Part shown: piece by piece, positions 22,194-36,146 of the stretch
Layout of the letters: each line of letters opens with the position of its first letter
Numbering within the stretch: the stretch's first letter is position 1
Assembly (NCBI GenBank): GCA_964019335.1
Contig: OZ025750.1
Location: 252,492 to 316,491, forward strand
Direction of reading: 5' to 3'
DNA from: Diplonema japonicum
Taxonomy: Eukaryota > Protista > Euglenozoa: Diplonemea
Length of the DNA stretch: 64,000 nt
Made by a program: the position numbers and the translations under genes
The notes under the pieces: generated by a model
What the model was told of the DNA's origin: nothing
The model's input: only the letters and a program-made list of their open reading frames with translations
The model's database searches: none

Positions 22194-22952
22194 GTCTTTT
22201 TATATCTCGCTTATAAAGAAAGTCGGAATTGCAGAACCGGGTTGGAGCTGGACACAGCAGGTGATTAGCCCTTGGCACCTGGAGAGCGGGGTGACAAGAG
22301 TAGACAACACGGACGAGCTTAAGGAGGGAGCCATATCTATCTTTAATCAGTTTTTTTCAACCATATTTTCCCTCTCTCGAACTTCTTTCGATTCCAAGCG
22401 AAAAGATGATTCTATCAACTGTGTTGCCAAGGCCTACGATGTTCAAATGTCTGTGACTATTCGCAGACAGAAATTGTAGCCCGCACATGGCGTAGCTTCT
22501 ATTCTCTTTTGCTCGAACAAAGAAGACGATTCGGCTTTAACCCCTTGGGGCTAAATCTGACCTTTACACAATCAACAAAAGAAAAGAAGAATACTATATA
22601 AGACGAGCTCGTCGCGGAAAGAAATATCTACACTTTTTCTTTGGGGGTTCAAGGCTTGTTTTGCGTGTTTGAGTAAAAGAAAAAGGGGGTAGCATGCAGG
22701 CATATTGAGACTTTCAAGAGTTCTTCAGAAAGAATCAAAGCGCCTGTGTACGTTCGTTGTCCTTCGCAACATATGCTGATTTTCGATCGGTGTATGCAGT
22801 GCTTAGTCAATGATACTCGCAAACATATGCGTCACTTTTAGGTGTTTTCTTTTGTCATCGTCATTTTTTTTTGCTTTTGGGTGACGCGTGTTCTGTAGGC
22901 CCAATTGGGCTATTCTTTTATTCGAAGGAGTGGGAGGAATCGTCGCAGAATT

Positions 22953-23445
22953 CTTGAACCCGCTGCTGCAGTGGTTGACACAGCTACGATGGGTGAAGGA
23001 GGACACCAGCTCTGAAGTGTCAGCGGTGGAATTGGCCATCGACTTCGAATGGACGACAGGCAAGTTATTAGGAGGTCTGCTGGAAGAAAGGGCTCGCAAG
23101 ATCAAAGCACTGATAAGAAAGCTGAACGCGGCATGCAGGGCACGGAAGAAGCCACGCCCCTTCCCAGCGGATGAACAGAAGAGAGCGAAGTCCCTCATCG
23201 CAATAGGTGGGAAGACGGCTATGGGTTTCGCCAGGAGGCCCATCTTCGCCACCCACTCCACGCACGACAAGCTGATGGAACTGAAAGCCGCTTACAAGCG
23301 AGACCGCATCACACGACTCCGCAAGACGCTTAAGGCCTCGATTGGAACGAAAGCAATGCTCCAGAAGGGGAGTATAAATAGATAGCCCCCCCCAACCCAC
23401 CCAAGGGCGGCCCTCCATGAGGGGGTTTGTCCTGCACTTTGAGTT
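22953..23445 (+). mobile_element. Family A element: 5'-truncated 3' end of a probable non-LTR retrotransposon (ORF C-terminus plus structured 3' tail)
   Basis: Homologous copies or fragments at 46125-46546, 44832-44900, 42781-42818, 10330-10513 and, at protein level, 38181-38390. All are on the + strand and share 3'-proximal sequence. Confidence 0.65.
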
Positions 23446-23793
23446 TATTATCTTGTCATAAACAAAGCTACCCCCTTTCAATTCACGGCTGGCAAGTGGT
23501 TTTAGCTCACGTAATCCCCTTCTTACATTGCCTCCAGTGCTTTTCATTTCGAGCGTTGAGGGATTGTTGTACAACTTCCTTTTTCTTTTTCTTTTTAACC
23601 TATCTAGTTTTTTTTATCGATCGCCTGTGATGATGGAACAGATGTATTTTGTTTCTCCACGTGATACGTATTAGATCTTTCTTCCTTCCTTTTTCGAGGT
23701 CGCTGACCAGCTGCTATAATTTCGTTCGATTGGCTTTTTCTTTTTGTTTTTTATCATTGTGTACCTTAACCCACACCACCCACAGGATACAGC

Positions 23794-26700
23794 ATGATAG
23801 CGGGTATTGCGGCAGTGTTCCTGTCGACGTTTGCTGTGCTGAATGAGTTCAGGAGCTTGGGTCCAGGGGCCTGTTTGGATGACGAAGGCCGGCAGTATGG
23901 TGTAGTGCGGTACTCTTCGCTTTTGAGCACGTCGGAGTGTCAGCAGTTGTGCGTTGAGATTGGCGGGACATGCGTGGGGTACACCTATGACAATTCGGGA
24001 CAGCTACCTACTTGCGACATCTTCCATCGCCACGGTGGGCAGGACATGGTCACGGCCTATCCAGGTCCGCACATGGAGGACGGCTACACACACCCAGGTG
24101 GGGGTGCAACGAGGTGGCCGAATCAGACCGACACCACGACCGGCGGGCCTTCCTGCATGGGGCGGCGGTCCCTCCCCTCAGACGCGAAGGCGATGTTCAC
24201 CCCTGGCTGCTCCATCCTCCTGATGAGCGTGAGGAACGGCGCACAGCTTGGCTTCGGCAGCCAAGGCCAGATTTCCATCGGTTGGGGGAACCACATTTTT
24301 GTGGGAAGCGCCGATCCTTCCACTTCTGACTCCTTCACCCTGTCGATTCGCCCCCCAGAGGGAAGCCCTTCTTACCTGCAGCTCTGTGGGGCTACCGGGA
24401 CCTATGTCTCGTCCGTGATTAACGTTCCTTGCACCGCCTTCTACATTGACAAGGTTGCAAGGGGTGGCAACGGGCAGGTGGCAGGGAGGACCGCAGCCAC
24501 CACGCAAGAAAGTGGGCAATGGGCGATTTGGACATACTCAGAGGAGGGCAGCAGGGTGTATCTCAGCCTCGGAGGAGAGACCCCCGTTGGGAATGTAGGG
24601 AGGCACATGGGAGATGTCTTCTCGGACCTGCGGCAGGGCTCTCCGTTTTGTGGGTACAGGGACCTCGGTGAGGGGAGCTGCGCAGACGCTGAGGGCAGTT
24701 TGGTCCAGCACCTTGTTGTGAGCAACATCAATGGCGTGGAGGCCACGGAGGAGGTGTGCCTCAAGCTGTGCAGCACATTGAGCTACTACTGCTCGGGTGT
24801 TTCGATATCCCTCCCCAACATGTGCAACCTGATGTTGCAGGACGGGACGGACAGCCTCACATTCGAGGGGGCACTGACAGATGCTGGGTGGAGCACGAAC
24901 GATAACAGCGGTTCGGTGACTGGGATTCCTGTGGGGGTGGTGCCAAGTTCCGGCAGCCGCTGTCACTCCGTGTCCACCCCTAACCAGCCTTGGCTCCGCA
25001 CCGCGTGCACCGGGTACCTGAGGTCCACAACGGGCGACGAGCTACTCCTATTCTCTGATGTGGTGTCTGGGGACCCGGAGCTGTCTTGGGGGAAGGGCAC
25101 CCACAGCGACAGCTATTTCATCCAGCTCTCGGACGGGAGGTTCGTCACCACGTGTGGGGGGACGCTGGTTTTCAAAGGCTCGCGCACCCCGGATGACTGC
25201 TTTGAGTGGACCGTTGTGGACCACGGTGGGAAGGTGCAGATAGCCAGCTATGACCTTTCTTCGAGGTGGCTGGTGATGCACTTGGATGGGTTCACTGATC
25301 TGGGCACGGCTGAGGCGCAGGCTGTGTCCTACTTTGTTCCTTCCCTCTCCGATTCATGTCTGAACCCCGGACCATCCACCCTGGTATCGACTCCTGTCCC
25401 CACGCCACTTACATTGGTTCCTACTCCTCTTCCCGTCGATCTTTGGTTGATGTCAAACCTTCAATCTTTCAAAGAAAGGACTGCCTCTGTTCAGAACGGC
25501 TGCCCTGAAGTTGCGCATTGTAACTGCGATTGGACAAACAACGGGGCAAATTGTAATAACGACGACGCGACTGAGTGCTTCTGCAGGTGCTGCTGCCCTA
25601 TGAATGGCGTGTGCGACTGGGAAACTCCTCCTCCCACCCCTCTGCCAACTCCCCTCCCTACACCATTACCGACACCTCTTCCCACCCCTCTCCCCACACC
25701 ACTTCCAACTCCTCTTCCAACACCGATCCCTACACCTCTTCCCACCCCGATCCCAACCCCTCTCCCCACACCACTTCCAACACCTCTTCCAACACCGATT
25801 CCAACACCTCTTCCAACACCTATTCCCACTCCTATCCCAACCCCTGTTCCCACACCACTTCCAACCCCTGTTCCAACACCACTACCAACACCTCTTCCAA
25901 CACCTCTTCCAACACCTCTTCCAACACCTCTTCCAACACCGATTCCAACACCGATTCCAACACCTATTCCCACTCCTATCCCAACCCCTGTTCCCACACC
26001 ACTTCCAACCCCTGTTCCAACACCACTACCAACACCTCTTCCAACACCGATTCCAACACCTATTCCCACTCCTATCCCAACCCCTGTTCCAACACCACTT
26101 CCAACACCGATTCCAACACCTATTCCCACTCCTATCCCAACCCCTGTTCCAACACCTCTTCCAACACCTATTCCCACCCCGATCCCAACCCCTGTACCAA
26201 CTCCTCTTCCTACTCCTATTCCTACGCCTCTTCCGACCCCTCTACCTTCACCACTACCAACTCCTCTTCCCGGCCCGGTCCCAACCCCTGTACCAACTCC
26301 TCTTCCTACTCCTATACCTACCCCTCTACCTACACCTCTTCCGACTCCTCTACCTACTCCTCTTCCCACTCCTGTCCCCACACCACTTCCGACACCAGCA
26401 CCTACTCCTGTTCCGACACCAGTTCCCACTCCTGATACAACGCCGGTCCCAACGCCTCTTCCAACACCAATCCCCACCCCTGATGCAACACCAGTCCCTA
26501 CATTCGGTAACGAGAAGTACGTTGTTTTCGAGGAGGCGGCAACAGGGTGGTCGGCAAACAGTATCCGCGGTGGTGGGGCCTACGTGGTGATGCGCAGCAA
26601 GCTGGAGGGATTCAAGAAGGTTGACAGCTACAAGAAGGTGATGGAGGCACCTGGGCTGTCGAGTGCGACGTCGCACGAGGGGAGGACGCTTGCCGTGGAG

Positions 26701-28575
26701 GGGGAGGTGCGGATCTCCACGGACGTGAGCCCCGCCTCCTCTCCATTGGGCTTCGCGGTGGCCTTTGGGCGGAACGAGTCGTTCTTGACGGTGAGGTGGG
26801 TGAACGAGACGGAGCTCGAGCTGAGGGTGGGCGGTGCAGTGGAGTTCCGGGCTGACGTGGATGAGACCATCACGGTTGAGCTGGGGCCTTCCAGTTTTAC
26901 TTCTGCTGCGATGTACCAGAAGCTGTGTGTGGAGGTAGCTGACGGGTGCAAACAACGCCTCGTGATCGGTCAGGACGTTCCTCAGCTTGAGGAAGCGACG
27001 GAAGAGGTTCTGGGAACGACGACAAGCACGGTGGCTGTGGCGTCGGTGGCGGTGTCTGGTGCAGCGAACGCCCCCGCCGGGGCAAACACTGGGACAAAGC
27101 TGATCCGTGCCTCCCTCCTGCTGACGGCCATCCAGTGCCCGAAGAGCTCGCCCAAAGACCTCGACAGAACGCTCCACCCCCTCCAGGCCTCCCTTGGGGG
27201 CGGCCCCTACAAGAGCTACTCGGGGGCCGCTGTGTTTAACTCTGTCGTGGTGTCTGGACTACTCTTGGGGTGTTTCCTGTTCTACGTGTGGCACTACGTG
27301 AAGTGGACCAGTCGGCGAGCACAGATGGATTTGAGTGATGTGGTGTCTGGCTCTGGGTCGGAGAACGGTCGGGGAGACAATGGCAAGGGGAAAGCGGCGA
27401 CAACGACTTTGTTCAACAACGAGGCTCGCACAACGCTGATGCACAAGTCACGATTCGGGATGCTTCCCCTCCCTGCTGTGTTCCTGTACGGGGGCATCGT
27501 GATGGGGTGCACAACGCTCATCATGTACGAAGAGTCGGCGATGAAGACGATCGGGTGTGTGTGGATCGTTCTGGCGCTGCTCCTCCCCGCTTATGTGATC
27601 CATACGAACAGGCAGCTCGACAAGTACGCGACGTACAGGCAGCGTCGGTGGGGAGGGGAGGAGGAGCGGGTCGGCGGGGGCGGGAAGTGGGCGGACTTCT
27701 GGCTCGGTGTTCACGAGTGGGGCCCGAAGTACTTCAAGGACGAGTGCATCTCGTGGGTGGCCCTGCACAACATGTGCTTCCACCACTACAGGTCGTCTGC
27801 GAGGCACTTCCTTGGGTTCGAGCTTGTGCACGTGACGGTTCTGGCTGTGGTGACGGCGTGGTCTCCGCAGGAGTGGAGCGGGTGCATGGCACGTGTGTCT
27901 GTGATGGGGGCGATGCCGTGCATTCTTCTGGTGAGCCTGCTGGTGGTGCGCCCTTACTGCAGGATGTACGAGAACGTGGCGGAAGCTGTTGTGGTCTTTC
28001 TAGAGGCATTGATGGTGGGCTTCACCTTCGTTGCGATGAACGAGGCACCCCGTGACCTGAGCCACTGGGCGGTGGCGCGTGCGGAGAACGTGTCCCAGGG
28101 GCTCGTGGTCGCGATCATCTTGAAGCTTGTGATGGATTTCGGTGTTTTCATCGCGAAGTACAAGGAGAAGCTCCCCGTGGCCCTCGGCGGGAGTGGCGAG
28201 ACCATGCTGGGGAAGGAGGAGAAGAGACACGCTGCGGAGAAGATGAGGCTGAGGATGGACGAGGAGGTTGCTGTTGCTGTGGCTTCGAATGGATCACTGG
28301 CCCGGTGTACCGCCTCCGTGGGCGAGCTCGACGGGGTCTGGGAGGCAGACGGTGTGAGGTTCAGGTGCACCGACGGTGTCTGCGAAGGAGTGGGTTGGAC
28401 CGTGTCCAGGGAGGAGCACAGGACCACACTTCATCATGGTCCGGACTATGTTGCCTTCCTTGATGCTTTCTCCACCAGGGAGGCCCAGTGGAGCAACGGC
28501 ACAGTGTGGGTCCGAGCACACCTTCCGGAGCATCCTGGCATTGTCTATGATCCTGCACCCCCTGGGTGTCCTTAG
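23794..28575 (+). CDS. Surface protein copy 2 (extra Cys-rich module before the PT stalk)
   Basis: 1593-aa ORF, near-identical to copy 1 outside a few patches. Confidence 0.88.
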   Translation: MIAGIAAVFLSTFAVLNEFRSLGPGACLDDEGRQYGVVRYSSLLSTSECQQLCVEIGGTCVGYTYDNSGQLPTCDIFHRHGGQDMVTAYPGPHMEDGYTHPGGGATRWPNQTDTTTGGPSCMGRRSLPSDAKAMFTPGCSILLMSVRNGAQLGFGSQGQISIGWGNHIFVGSADPSTSDSFTLSIRPPEGSPSYLQLCGATGTYVSSVINVPCTAFYIDKVARGGNGQVAGRTAATTQESGQWAIWTYSEEGSRVYLSLGGETPVGNVGRHMGDVFSDLRQGSPFCGYRDLGEGSCADAEGSLVQHLVVSNINGVEATEEVCLKLCSTLSYYCSGVSISLPNMCNLMLQDGTDSLTFEGALTDAGWSTNDNSGSVTGIPVGVVPSSGSRCHSVSTPNQPWLRTACTGYLRSTTGDELLLFSDVVSGDPELSWGKGTHSDSYFIQLSDGRFVTTCGGTLVFKGSRTPDDCFEWTVVDHGGKVQIASYDLSSRWLVMHLDGFTDLGTAEAQAVSYFVPSLSDSCLNPGPSTLVSTPVPTPLTLVPTPLPVDLWLMSNLQSFKERTASVQNGCPEVAHCNCDWTNNGANCNNDDATECFCRCCCPMNGVCDWETPPPTPLPTPLPTPLPTPLPTPLPTPLPTPLPTPIPTPLPTPIPTPLPTPLPTPLPTPIPTPLPTPIPTPIPTPVPTPLPTPVPTPLPTPLPTPLPTPLPTPLPTPIPTPIPTPIPTPIPTPVPTPLPTPVPTPLPTPLPTPIPTPIPTPIPTPVPTPLPTPIPTPIPTPIPTPVPTPLPTPIPTPIPTPVPTPLPTPIPTPLPTPLPSPLPTPLPGPVPTPVPTPLPTPIPTPLPTPLPTPLPTPLPTPVPTPLPTPAPTPVPTPVPTPDTTPVPTPLPTPIPTPDATPVPTFGNEKYVVFEEAATGWSANSIRGGGAYVVMRSKLEGFKKVDSYKKVMEAPGLSSATSHEGRTLAVEGEVRISTDVSPASSPLGFAVAFGRNESFLTVRWVNETELELRVGGAVEFRADVDETITVELGPSSFTSAAMYQKLCVEVADGCKQRLVIGQDVPQLEEATEEVLGTTTSTVAVASVAVSGAANAPAGANTGTKLIRASLLLTAIQCPKSSPKDLDRTLHPLQASLGGGPYKSYSGAAVFNSVVVSGLLLGCFLFYVWHYVKWTSRRAQMDLSDVVSGSGSENGRGDNGKGKAATTTLFNNEARTTLMHKSRFGMLPLPAVFLYGGIVMGCTTLIMYEESAMKTIGCVWIVLALLLPAYVIHTNRQLDKYATYRQRRWGGEEERVGGGGKWADFWLGVHEWGPKYFKDECISWVALHNMCFHHYRSSARHFLGFELVHVTVLAVVTAWSPQEWSGCMARVSVMGAMPCILLVSLLVVRPYCRMYENVAEAVVVFLEALMVGFTFVAMNEAPRDLSHWAVARAENVSQGLVVAIILKLVMDFGVFIAKYKEKLPVALGGSGETMLGKEEKRHAAEKMRLRMDEEVAVAVASNGSLARCTASVGELDGVWEADGVRFRCTDGVCEGVGWTVSREEHRTTLHHGPDYVAFLDAFSTREAQWSNGTVWVRAHLPEHPGIVYDPAPPGCP
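25625..26502 (+). repeat. Coding 12-bp tandem repeat, Pro-Thr-Pro-(Leu/Ile/Val)
   Basis: PT stalk of copy 2, Ile-rich units. Confidence 0.95.
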
Positions 28576-28819
28576 GTCTCTTTTTGTATCCCCTCTGACC
28601 ACTTTTCCCTTTAATGAACAAGTAGTTGAGAGGGTCACCTTTATTTTCTTTTTCCGAAAGGACATGGGGTTTTATCGAAACGCACAGGTTGGAGCCCTTG
28701 AAGGGTCCCCCCTTTTTTTTTTCCTGTTTCCTTCGGCTAACCCGGACCTCTGTGAAGTGTTCCTAGGTTCTTTATGTTAGATAGGGCGACCGTGGTGTGC
28801 TGTTCCTTTATCTAATGCT

Positions 28820-28858
28820 GGATGAGAACTGTACGGGCGTCTCACAAAGACCTCCTTA
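28820..28858 (+). repeat. Dispersed repeat family D (fragment)
   Basis: ggatgagaac..gggcgtctcacaaagacctcctt. Confidence 0.7.
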
Positions 28859-30839
28859 CACACTTATTTTCTCGATTGTATATTGTATTTTGTTTTTGTG
28901 GCAGGCTTTGTTCGGCTTTAACCTTCTGCACTCCGGAAACCCAACGTTGCACAAGCAAGGATTCGGGGCCTAACTTCCAGTTTTTGACGGGGTGAAAAAT
29001 GAAAAGAAAAACAGAAATTCCGATCTATGTTGTTTTCCACTGTCTTTTTTTTTATATTATTTTATTTTATTAGTCACGTGTAACTATTATACCCGCCACT
29101 CCCTTCTTTATCTCTTTTTTTTACCTTCCATATTCGCTAAGTGACCCGCCCTGTGTCCTAAAGGGGTTACAGGGGGTTATAGGGGGAAAAACGTCGAAAA
29201 AGTTGCTCAAAGGTTCATTGATTTTTTTTTTTTAAAAAGTCCATATGTCGGACATGAAAGAACGGTGAGTTCCAAGGAAGTCGGTCACTTAGCGAATATG
29301 GAAAGCTATTTTTTCCAAGCTTTCTTTACCTCTCCACTTTTACTTTCTACGGGACCACAGGGGACTTGGGAGGCTTCGGCCGAAGCTTCACAAGGGTGGC
29401 CGCTGTGTCACATACTGACGGCACCACTAAAATCGAGACAGGTTTCTTCTTGACCCTTTTAGTTTCCTTCTGCCTCTTCGCGCGTAGCTTTCTTTCCCAC
29501 AAGCGAAGAAAGAAAAGACAAAAGGAAAAGAGAGTAAAAGTCAAAAAAGCACAGTGGGAGGTGGTTATATTTCTATTATTTTCAGGTTTTTTTTGTTCAG
29601 TATGGTATGCCTTGAAGAATATGTTAAACACAAAAAGGTTTGCCAACACCCCTTCACCCCCCCCCCCCCCCCCCCCTCTCTATTCTTTTTTCACAAAATA
29701 AGACTGCCAGCTTTTTTTTTTTACGTTGGCATACAAGCAAAAAAGCAAAAAAGTGTTTTTGTCATCCTCTCCCGCAAAAGAAGTATATTTTCTGTCTTGC
29801 TTCTTTGAAGCTGCTCCCCCATAGTCCTCTACCCCCAGCACATTATCAAAAAAAACTCCAGAATATAATCTTATCCTCAAGCCGACTGCCTACCTATGTT
29901 TCTCACTAGAGGCCTTCCGCCTCTTGTGAACGAAAAGCCGCCACAGGCACTCAAGTAGTTCAGTTTAACTCTGTTTTGTTTCCTTTTTTTTTTTTTTTTT
30001 TTTTTTTTTCGACTGATAAAATCTGTATCAGTCGAATATAAAAATGTTTTAACAAAAACGACAAACGAGAAGAAAAAGAAAAAAAGGGAACTCAGGGTTT
30101 TGAGTGAGTTCTGTTGGGGTGGGGAACGGACACTCATGTTTACTCACTTTTTTTGTTTTGCTTTTTTTTCTTTGCACAAAGATAGAGAAAACAATAATTG
30201 TAATTGCTATAAAAAGAAAAAAAGAGAAAAAAAAAAAAAGAGTCCTTCCTGCAAAGACTTCTCTTTATAAAGATTTGATCTCTTTTTTTAAAGAAAAGAA
30301 CCCAGCTTTTGCACAAACAAAACAACTCTTTTTTTCTCTCTTACTCTTTTCTTTTTTTTTTTTAAAGGATTTTCTGTTACTCCCTGCGGCGCAGCTTAAA
30401 GAGAAAAGCAATTCTTTTTCGGGGAGGTCAGCTTTGCTTCCCAGGCACTTCAGTTATAATGTTTCCCCAAGATGTAAAGCGGAAGCGCTTACGGATCTTG
30501 ACCCCCCTCCCTGTACCCTGCCACCTCGTATCACCCTGCACAGCTAATCGGTGTTATTTTCGTCTATTCCCGATCACTTGTGGTCTTTTAGGAAGAAGCT
30601 TCTTTTAAAAAACCAGCTCTCGCACCGACATGTGTTGCTCTCTCCCTCCTTTTCAATTCACGTTCTGGTTAAGTAGTTCCCCAAAGGCCCCACGGCATTC
30701 ATTCTTTTTGAAGGGTCCTTCCAAACGAATCGCAATCCTTTTCCTTTTCTTATTTCTTTTTTTTTTTTGAGTCTTACTTTTTTTTCTCTCTTTGTTCTTC
30801 GTCATACTGCAGGCCTTACCATAGGTATAACAAAACAAG

Positions 30840-33800
30840 ATGTTGGCTCTTACGGTGGCGGGGGTCTTGTCGGCCTTCACTGTGCTGAACGAGTTTACGG
30901 CTTTAGGTGCCGGAGCGTGTCTAGACAGCGAAGGGCTTCGGTACGGGGCGGTGCGGTTTCTCTCTGTAAATGATGTCGCATTGTGTGAGAAGCTGTGCAA
31001 GGATATTGGCAGTGCGTGTGTCGGCTATGCGCACGATGTCCCCAGTGCTGCAATGGCAGACTCGAGCTCTGACTCCGACTCGAGCTCAGACTCCGGCTCC
31101 GACTCCAGCAGCTCGGGATCCGAATCAACATCGAACACCCCAACACCGCAACCCTTTTGTGATATCTACTATCGCCACGGTGGGCGCGAAGACGTCACAT
31201 CCTTCAGCTCTCTGGGCACTGTAGACAACACCTACTTGGTCGAGGGAAACGGTGCGCAGAATTGGCCAAGTAAGACCGACACTACGACCGGCGGGCCTTC
31301 CTGCATGGGGCGGCGGTCCCTCCCCTCAGACGCGAAGGCGATGTTCACCCCTGGCTGCTCCATCCTCCTGAAGAACGTGCAGACCGACGCACAGCTTGGC
31401 TTCGGCAGCCAAGGCCAGATTTCCATCGGTTGGGGGAACCACATTTTTGTGGGAAGCGCCGATCCTTCCACTTCTGACTCCTTCACCCTGTCGATTCGCC
31501 CCCCAGAGGGAAGCCCTTCTTACCTGCAGCTCTGTGGGGCTACCGGGACCTATGTCTCGTCCGTGATTAACGTTCCTTGCACCGCCTTCTACATTGACAA
31601 GGTCTTTGCTTCTGGGAATGGGCAATGGGCGATCTGGACGTACTCGGAGGAAGGCAGCAGGGTGTATCTCAGCCTCGGAGGAGAGACCCCCGTTGGGAAT
31701 GTAGGGAGGCACATGGGAGATGTCTTCTCGGACCTGCGGCAGGGCTCTCCGTTTTGTGGGTACAGGGACCTCGGTGAGGGGAGCTGCGCAGACGCTGAGG
31801 GTAGTTTGGTCCAGCACCTTGTTGTGAGCAACATCAATGGCGTGGAGGCCACGGAGGAGGTGTGCCTCAAGCTGTGCAGCACATTGAGCTACTACTGCTC
31901 GGGTGTTTCGATATCCCTCCCCAACATGTGCAACCTGATGTTGCAGGACGGGACGGACAGCCTCACATTCGAGGGGGCACTGACAGATGCTGGGTGGAGC
32001 ACGAACGATAACAGCGGTTCGGTGACTGGGATTCCTGTGGGGGTGGTGCCAAGTTCCGGCAGCCGCTGTCACTCCGTGTCCACCCCTAACCAGCCTTGGC
32101 TCCGCACCGCGTGCACCGGGTACCTGAGGTCCACAACGGGCGACGAGCTACTCCTATTCTCTGATGTGGTGTCTGGGGACCCGGAGCTGTCTTGGGGGAA
32201 GGGCACCCACAGCGACAGCTATTTCATCCAGCTCTCGGACGGGAGGTTCGTCACCACGTGTGGGGGGGCGCTGGTTTTCAAAGGCTCGCGCACCCCGGAT
32301 GACTGCTTTGAGTGGACCGTTGTGGACCACGGTGGGAAGGTGCAGATAGCCAGCTATGACCTTTCTTCGAGGTGGCTGGTGATGCACTTGGATGGGTTCA
32401 CTGATCTGGGCACGGCTGAGGCGCAGGCTGTGTCCTACTTTGTTCCTTCCCTCTCCGATTCATGTCTGAACTCAGTAGAAGATGCACCTGTCGATGTTGC
32501 AGATACACCGGTTCCTACTCCAGTTCCTACTCCAGTTCCTACTCCAGTTCCTACTCCAGTTCCTACTCCAGTTCCTACTCCAGTTCCTACTCCGGTTCCT
32601 ACTCCGGTTCCTACTCCGGTTCCTACTCCAGCTCCCACCCCAGCTCCAACTCCTCTTCCCACTCCTGTTCCAACTCCCCTCCCCACACCACTTCCAACTC
32701 CAGTGCCAACACCACTTCCAACTCCTCTTCCCACTCCTGTCCCAACACCACTTCCAACTCCAGTCCCAACACCACTTCCAACTCCCCTTCCCACTCCTGT
32801 CCCAACACCACTTCCTACACCTCTTCCCACCCCTGTTCCAACTCCCCTCCCCACACCACTTCCAACTCCAGTCCCAACACCACTTCCAACTCCTCTTCCC
32901 ACCCCTGTTCTAACTCCCCTCCCCACACCACTTCCAACACCAGTTCCCACTCCTGCTCCAACACCAGCTCCCACTCCGCTTCCAACACCAGCTCCTACTC
33001 CGCTTCCTACACCTGTCCCAACACCAGCTCCTACCCCCGTCCCAACACCTGTTCCAACACCAGCACCTACTCCTGTTCCGACACCAGTTCCCACTCCTGA
33101 TACAACGCCGGTCCCAACGCCTCTTCCAACACCAGTCCCCACCCCTGATGCAACACCAGTCCCTACATTCGGTAATGAAAAGTACGTTGTTTTCGAGGAG
33201 GCGGCAACAGGGTGGTCGGCAAACAGTATCCGCGGTGGTGGGGCCTACGTGGTGGTGCGCAGCAAGCTGGAGGGATTCAAGAAGGTTGACAGCTACAAGA
33301 TGGTGATGGAGGCACCTGGGCAGTCGAGTGCGACGTCGCACGAGGGGAGGACGCTTGCCGTGGAGGGGGGGGTGCGGATCTCCACGGACATGGGCCCCGC
33401 CTCCTCTCCATTGGGCTTCGCGGTGGCCTTTGGGCGGAACGAGTCGTTCGTAGCAGTGAAGTGGGTGAGCGAGACGGAGCTCGAGCTGAGGGTGGGCGGT
33501 GCAGTGGAGTTCCGGGCTGACGTGGATGAGACCATCACGGTTGAGCTGGGGCCTTCCAGTTTTACTTCTGCTGCGATGTACCAGAAGCTGTGTGTGGAGG
33601 TAGCTGACGGGTGCAAACAACGCCTCGTGATCGGTCAGGACGTTCCTCAGCTTGAGGAAGCGACGGAGGAGGTTCTGGGAACGACGACAAGTACGGTGGC
33701 TGTGGCGTCGGTGGCAGTTTCTGGTGCAGCGAACGCCCCCGCCGGGGCAAACACTGGGACAAAGCTGATCCGTGCCTCCCTCCTGCTGACGGCCATCCAG

Positions 33801-35234
33801 TGCCCGAAGAGCTCGCCCAAAGACCTCGACAGAACGCTCCACCCCCTCCAGGCCTCCCTTGGGGGCGGCCCCTACAAGAGCTACTCGGGGGCCGCTGTGT
33901 TTAACTCTGTCGTGGTGTCTGGACTACTCTTGGGGTGTTTCCTGTTCTACGTGTGGCACTACGTGAAGTGGACCAGTCGGCGAGCACAGATGGATTTGAG
34001 TGATGTGGTGTCTGGCTCTGGGTCGGAGAACGGTCGGGGAGACAACGGCGGGGAGAAGGCAACAACCTTGTTCAACAACGATGCGCGCACGACGCTGATG
34101 CACAAGTCACGATTCGGGATGCTTCCCCTCCCTGCTGTGTTCCTGTACGGGGGCATCGTGATGGGGTGCACAACGCTCATCATGTACGAAGAGTCGGCGA
34201 TGAAGACGATCGGGTGTGTGTGGATCGTTCTGGCGCTGCTCCTCCCCGCTTATGTGATCCATACGAACAGGCAGCTCGACAAGTACGCGACGTACAGGCA
34301 GCGTCGGTGGGGAGGGGAGGAGGAGCGGGTCGGCGGGGGCGGGAAGTGGGCGGACTTCTGGCTCGGTGTTCACGAGTGGGGCCCGAAGTACTTCAAGGAC
34401 GAGTGCATCTCGTGGGTGGCCCTGCACAACATGTGCTTCCACCACTACAGGTCGTCTGCGAGGCACTTCCTTGGGTTCGAGCTTGTGCACGTGACGGTTC
34501 TGGCTGTGGTGACGGCGTGGTCTCCGCAGGAGTGGAGCGGGTGCATGGCACGTGTGTCTGTGATGGGGGCGATGCCGTGCATTCTTCTGGTGAGCCTGCT
34601 GGTGGTGCGCCCTTACTGCAGGATGTACGAGAACGTGGCGGAAGCTGTTGTGGTCTTTCTAGAGGCATTGATGGTGGGCTTCACCTTCGTTGCGATGAAC
34701 GAGGCACCCCGTGACCTGAGCCACTGGGCGGTGGCGCGTGCGGAGAACGTGTCCCAGGGGCTCGTGGTCGCGATCATCTTGAAGCTTGTGATGGATTTCG
34801 GTGTTTTCATCGCGAAGTACAAGGAGAAGCTCCCCGTGGCCCTCGGCGGGAGTGGCGAGACCATGCTGGGGAAGGAGGAGAAGAGACACGCTGCGGAGAA
34901 GATGAGGCTGAGGATGGACGAGGAGGTTGCTGTTGCTGTGGCTTCGAATGGATCACTGGCCCGGTGTACCGCCTCCGTGGGCGAGCTCGACGGGGTCTGG
35001 GAGGCAGACGGTGTGAGGTTCAGGTGCACCGACGGTGTCTGCGAAGGAGTGGGTTGGACCGTGTCCAGGGAGGAGCACAGGACCACACTTCATCATGGTC
35101 CGGACTATGTTGCCTTCCTTGATGCTTTCTCCTACAAGGAGGCCCAGTGGAGCAACGGTACAGTGTGGGTCCGAGCACACCTTCCGGAGCATCCTAGCGT
35201 ACCTACTGCGAACACAACCCCTGGGTGTCCTTAG
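30840..35234 (+). CDS. Surface protein copy 3 (divergent N-terminus with Ser/Asp insert)
   Basis: 1464-aa ORF with the same architecture. The first ~140 aa are diverged. Confidence 0.88.
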   Translation: MLALTVAGVLSAFTVLNEFTALGAGACLDSEGLRYGAVRFLSVNDVALCEKLCKDIGSACVGYAHDVPSAAMADSSSDSDSSSDSGSDSSSSGSESTSNTPTPQPFCDIYYRHGGREDVTSFSSLGTVDNTYLVEGNGAQNWPSKTDTTTGGPSCMGRRSLPSDAKAMFTPGCSILLKNVQTDAQLGFGSQGQISIGWGNHIFVGSADPSTSDSFTLSIRPPEGSPSYLQLCGATGTYVSSVINVPCTAFYIDKVFASGNGQWAIWTYSEEGSRVYLSLGGETPVGNVGRHMGDVFSDLRQGSPFCGYRDLGEGSCADAEGSLVQHLVVSNINGVEATEEVCLKLCSTLSYYCSGVSISLPNMCNLMLQDGTDSLTFEGALTDAGWSTNDNSGSVTGIPVGVVPSSGSRCHSVSTPNQPWLRTACTGYLRSTTGDELLLFSDVVSGDPELSWGKGTHSDSYFIQLSDGRFVTTCGGALVFKGSRTPDDCFEWTVVDHGGKVQIASYDLSSRWLVMHLDGFTDLGTAEAQAVSYFVPSLSDSCLNSVEDAPVDVADTPVPTPVPTPVPTPVPTPVPTPVPTPVPTPVPTPVPTPVPTPAPTPAPTPLPTPVPTPLPTPLPTPVPTPLPTPLPTPVPTPLPTPVPTPLPTPLPTPVPTPLPTPLPTPVPTPLPTPLPTPVPTPLPTPLPTPVLTPLPTPLPTPVPTPAPTPAPTPLPTPAPTPLPTPVPTPAPTPVPTPVPTPAPTPVPTPVPTPDTTPVPTPLPTPVPTPDATPVPTFGNEKYVVFEEAATGWSANSIRGGGAYVVVRSKLEGFKKVDSYKMVMEAPGQSSATSHEGRTLAVEGGVRISTDMGPASSPLGFAVAFGRNESFVAVKWVSETELELRVGGAVEFRADVDETITVELGPSSFTSAAMYQKLCVEVADGCKQRLVIGQDVPQLEEATEEVLGTTTSTVAVASVAVSGAANAPAGANTGTKLIRASLLLTAIQCPKSSPKDLDRTLHPLQASLGGGPYKSYSGAAVFNSVVVSGLLLGCFLFYVWHYVKWTSRRAQMDLSDVVSGSGSENGRGDNGGEKATTLFNNDARTTLMHKSRFGMLPLPAVFLYGGIVMGCTTLIMYEESAMKTIGCVWIVLALLLPAYVIHTNRQLDKYATYRQRRWGGEEERVGGGGKWADFWLGVHEWGPKYFKDECISWVALHNMCFHHYRSSARHFLGFELVHVTVLAVVTAWSPQEWSGCMARVSVMGAMPCILLVSLLVVRPYCRMYENVAEAVVVFLEALMVGFTFVAMNEAPRDLSHWAVARAENVSQGLVVAIILKLVMDFGVFIAKYKEKLPVALGGSGETMLGKEEKRHAAEKMRLRMDEEVAVAVASNGSLARCTASVGELDGVWEADGVRFRCTDGVCEGVGWTVSREEHRTTLHHGPDYVAFLDAFSYKEAQWSNGTVWVRAHLPEHPSVPTANTTPGCP
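32505..33167 (+). repeat. Coding 12-bp tandem repeat, Pro-Thr-Pro-(Val/Leu/Ala)
   Basis: Begins with near-perfect (ccagttcctact)n. Confidence 0.95.
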
Positions 35235-36146
35235 GTCTTTATATATATATATTATATATCTCGCGACAGGAAGAAAAGAAATTAATCTATTATTATTAGC
35301 GGGACCGATGTTGTGGTGGTTCCTATTAATCGCGCATCCTGAACGGTGGAGGTCCACCCGACATGTGGCGCCAGTTACCCACTGGGGTCGCTTAAGGTAC
35401 TCGCTTTCCTCCCTTTCTTTGATTATTGCTCTGTAACTATTCTGAGATTGCTGTTTTTGGGGGTTGGTGTGTGCATTGTACCACTACGGGAAAGTAGGAG
35501 TTACAGTACTTCTACGAATCTCGGGGTGCTTTTCGGAGAACTTTCCCAAAACGCACCACGCCCGTTTGTGTGTTTTTTTTTTTTTTATATCAGTTTTACC
35601 AGTAAAACAACGACCTTTTTTTTTTTTTTTTTTTTTTTTGTGATAACATTTCTTTTCAAGGTTTGTTTTCTTGTCCAGAATTTTTTTCTTGGCGGAGGAT
35701 TTTTCATTTTTACAGTAGTTTTTTTTTTTATTATTACTATTCGGGCTTTTTTTTTTGTCCCCCCTAACTGGTCACTCACACACAAGTATTCGTTTATCTA
35801 TTTTTTTCTTCTCCTACTGAACCTTTTGTTATGGGAATAGAGTTTTCTTGTCTGCTTTTATTGAAATTTAAAGATGGAAAAAAAAAAAGAAAAAAAAAGA
35901 AGATTTTAAGTAATTATTCTGTTTTTAGAGGGGCGGTTCCTTTCGAATTTCGGGGGCAGGGGCTTTTTCTATCAATTTGTTTATTCTGTACCAGGGGGAT
36001 GCAAGGCGGAGTGACGAAGAATATGGCAAACCTTTCATCAGCTAGCAACAAAGCTGCGGAGGTAGATCACCCAGGCACACACAGATCGGCAAAAAGAAAA
36101 AGATGACCCCACCCTATTTATCCTGCTATTTCTGTTTTTTAAGGGG

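Noticed and set aside
19029-33167. Possible CRISPR-like arrays
   Set aside because: The repeats are contiguous in-frame coding units with no unique spacers, and no cas genes are present.
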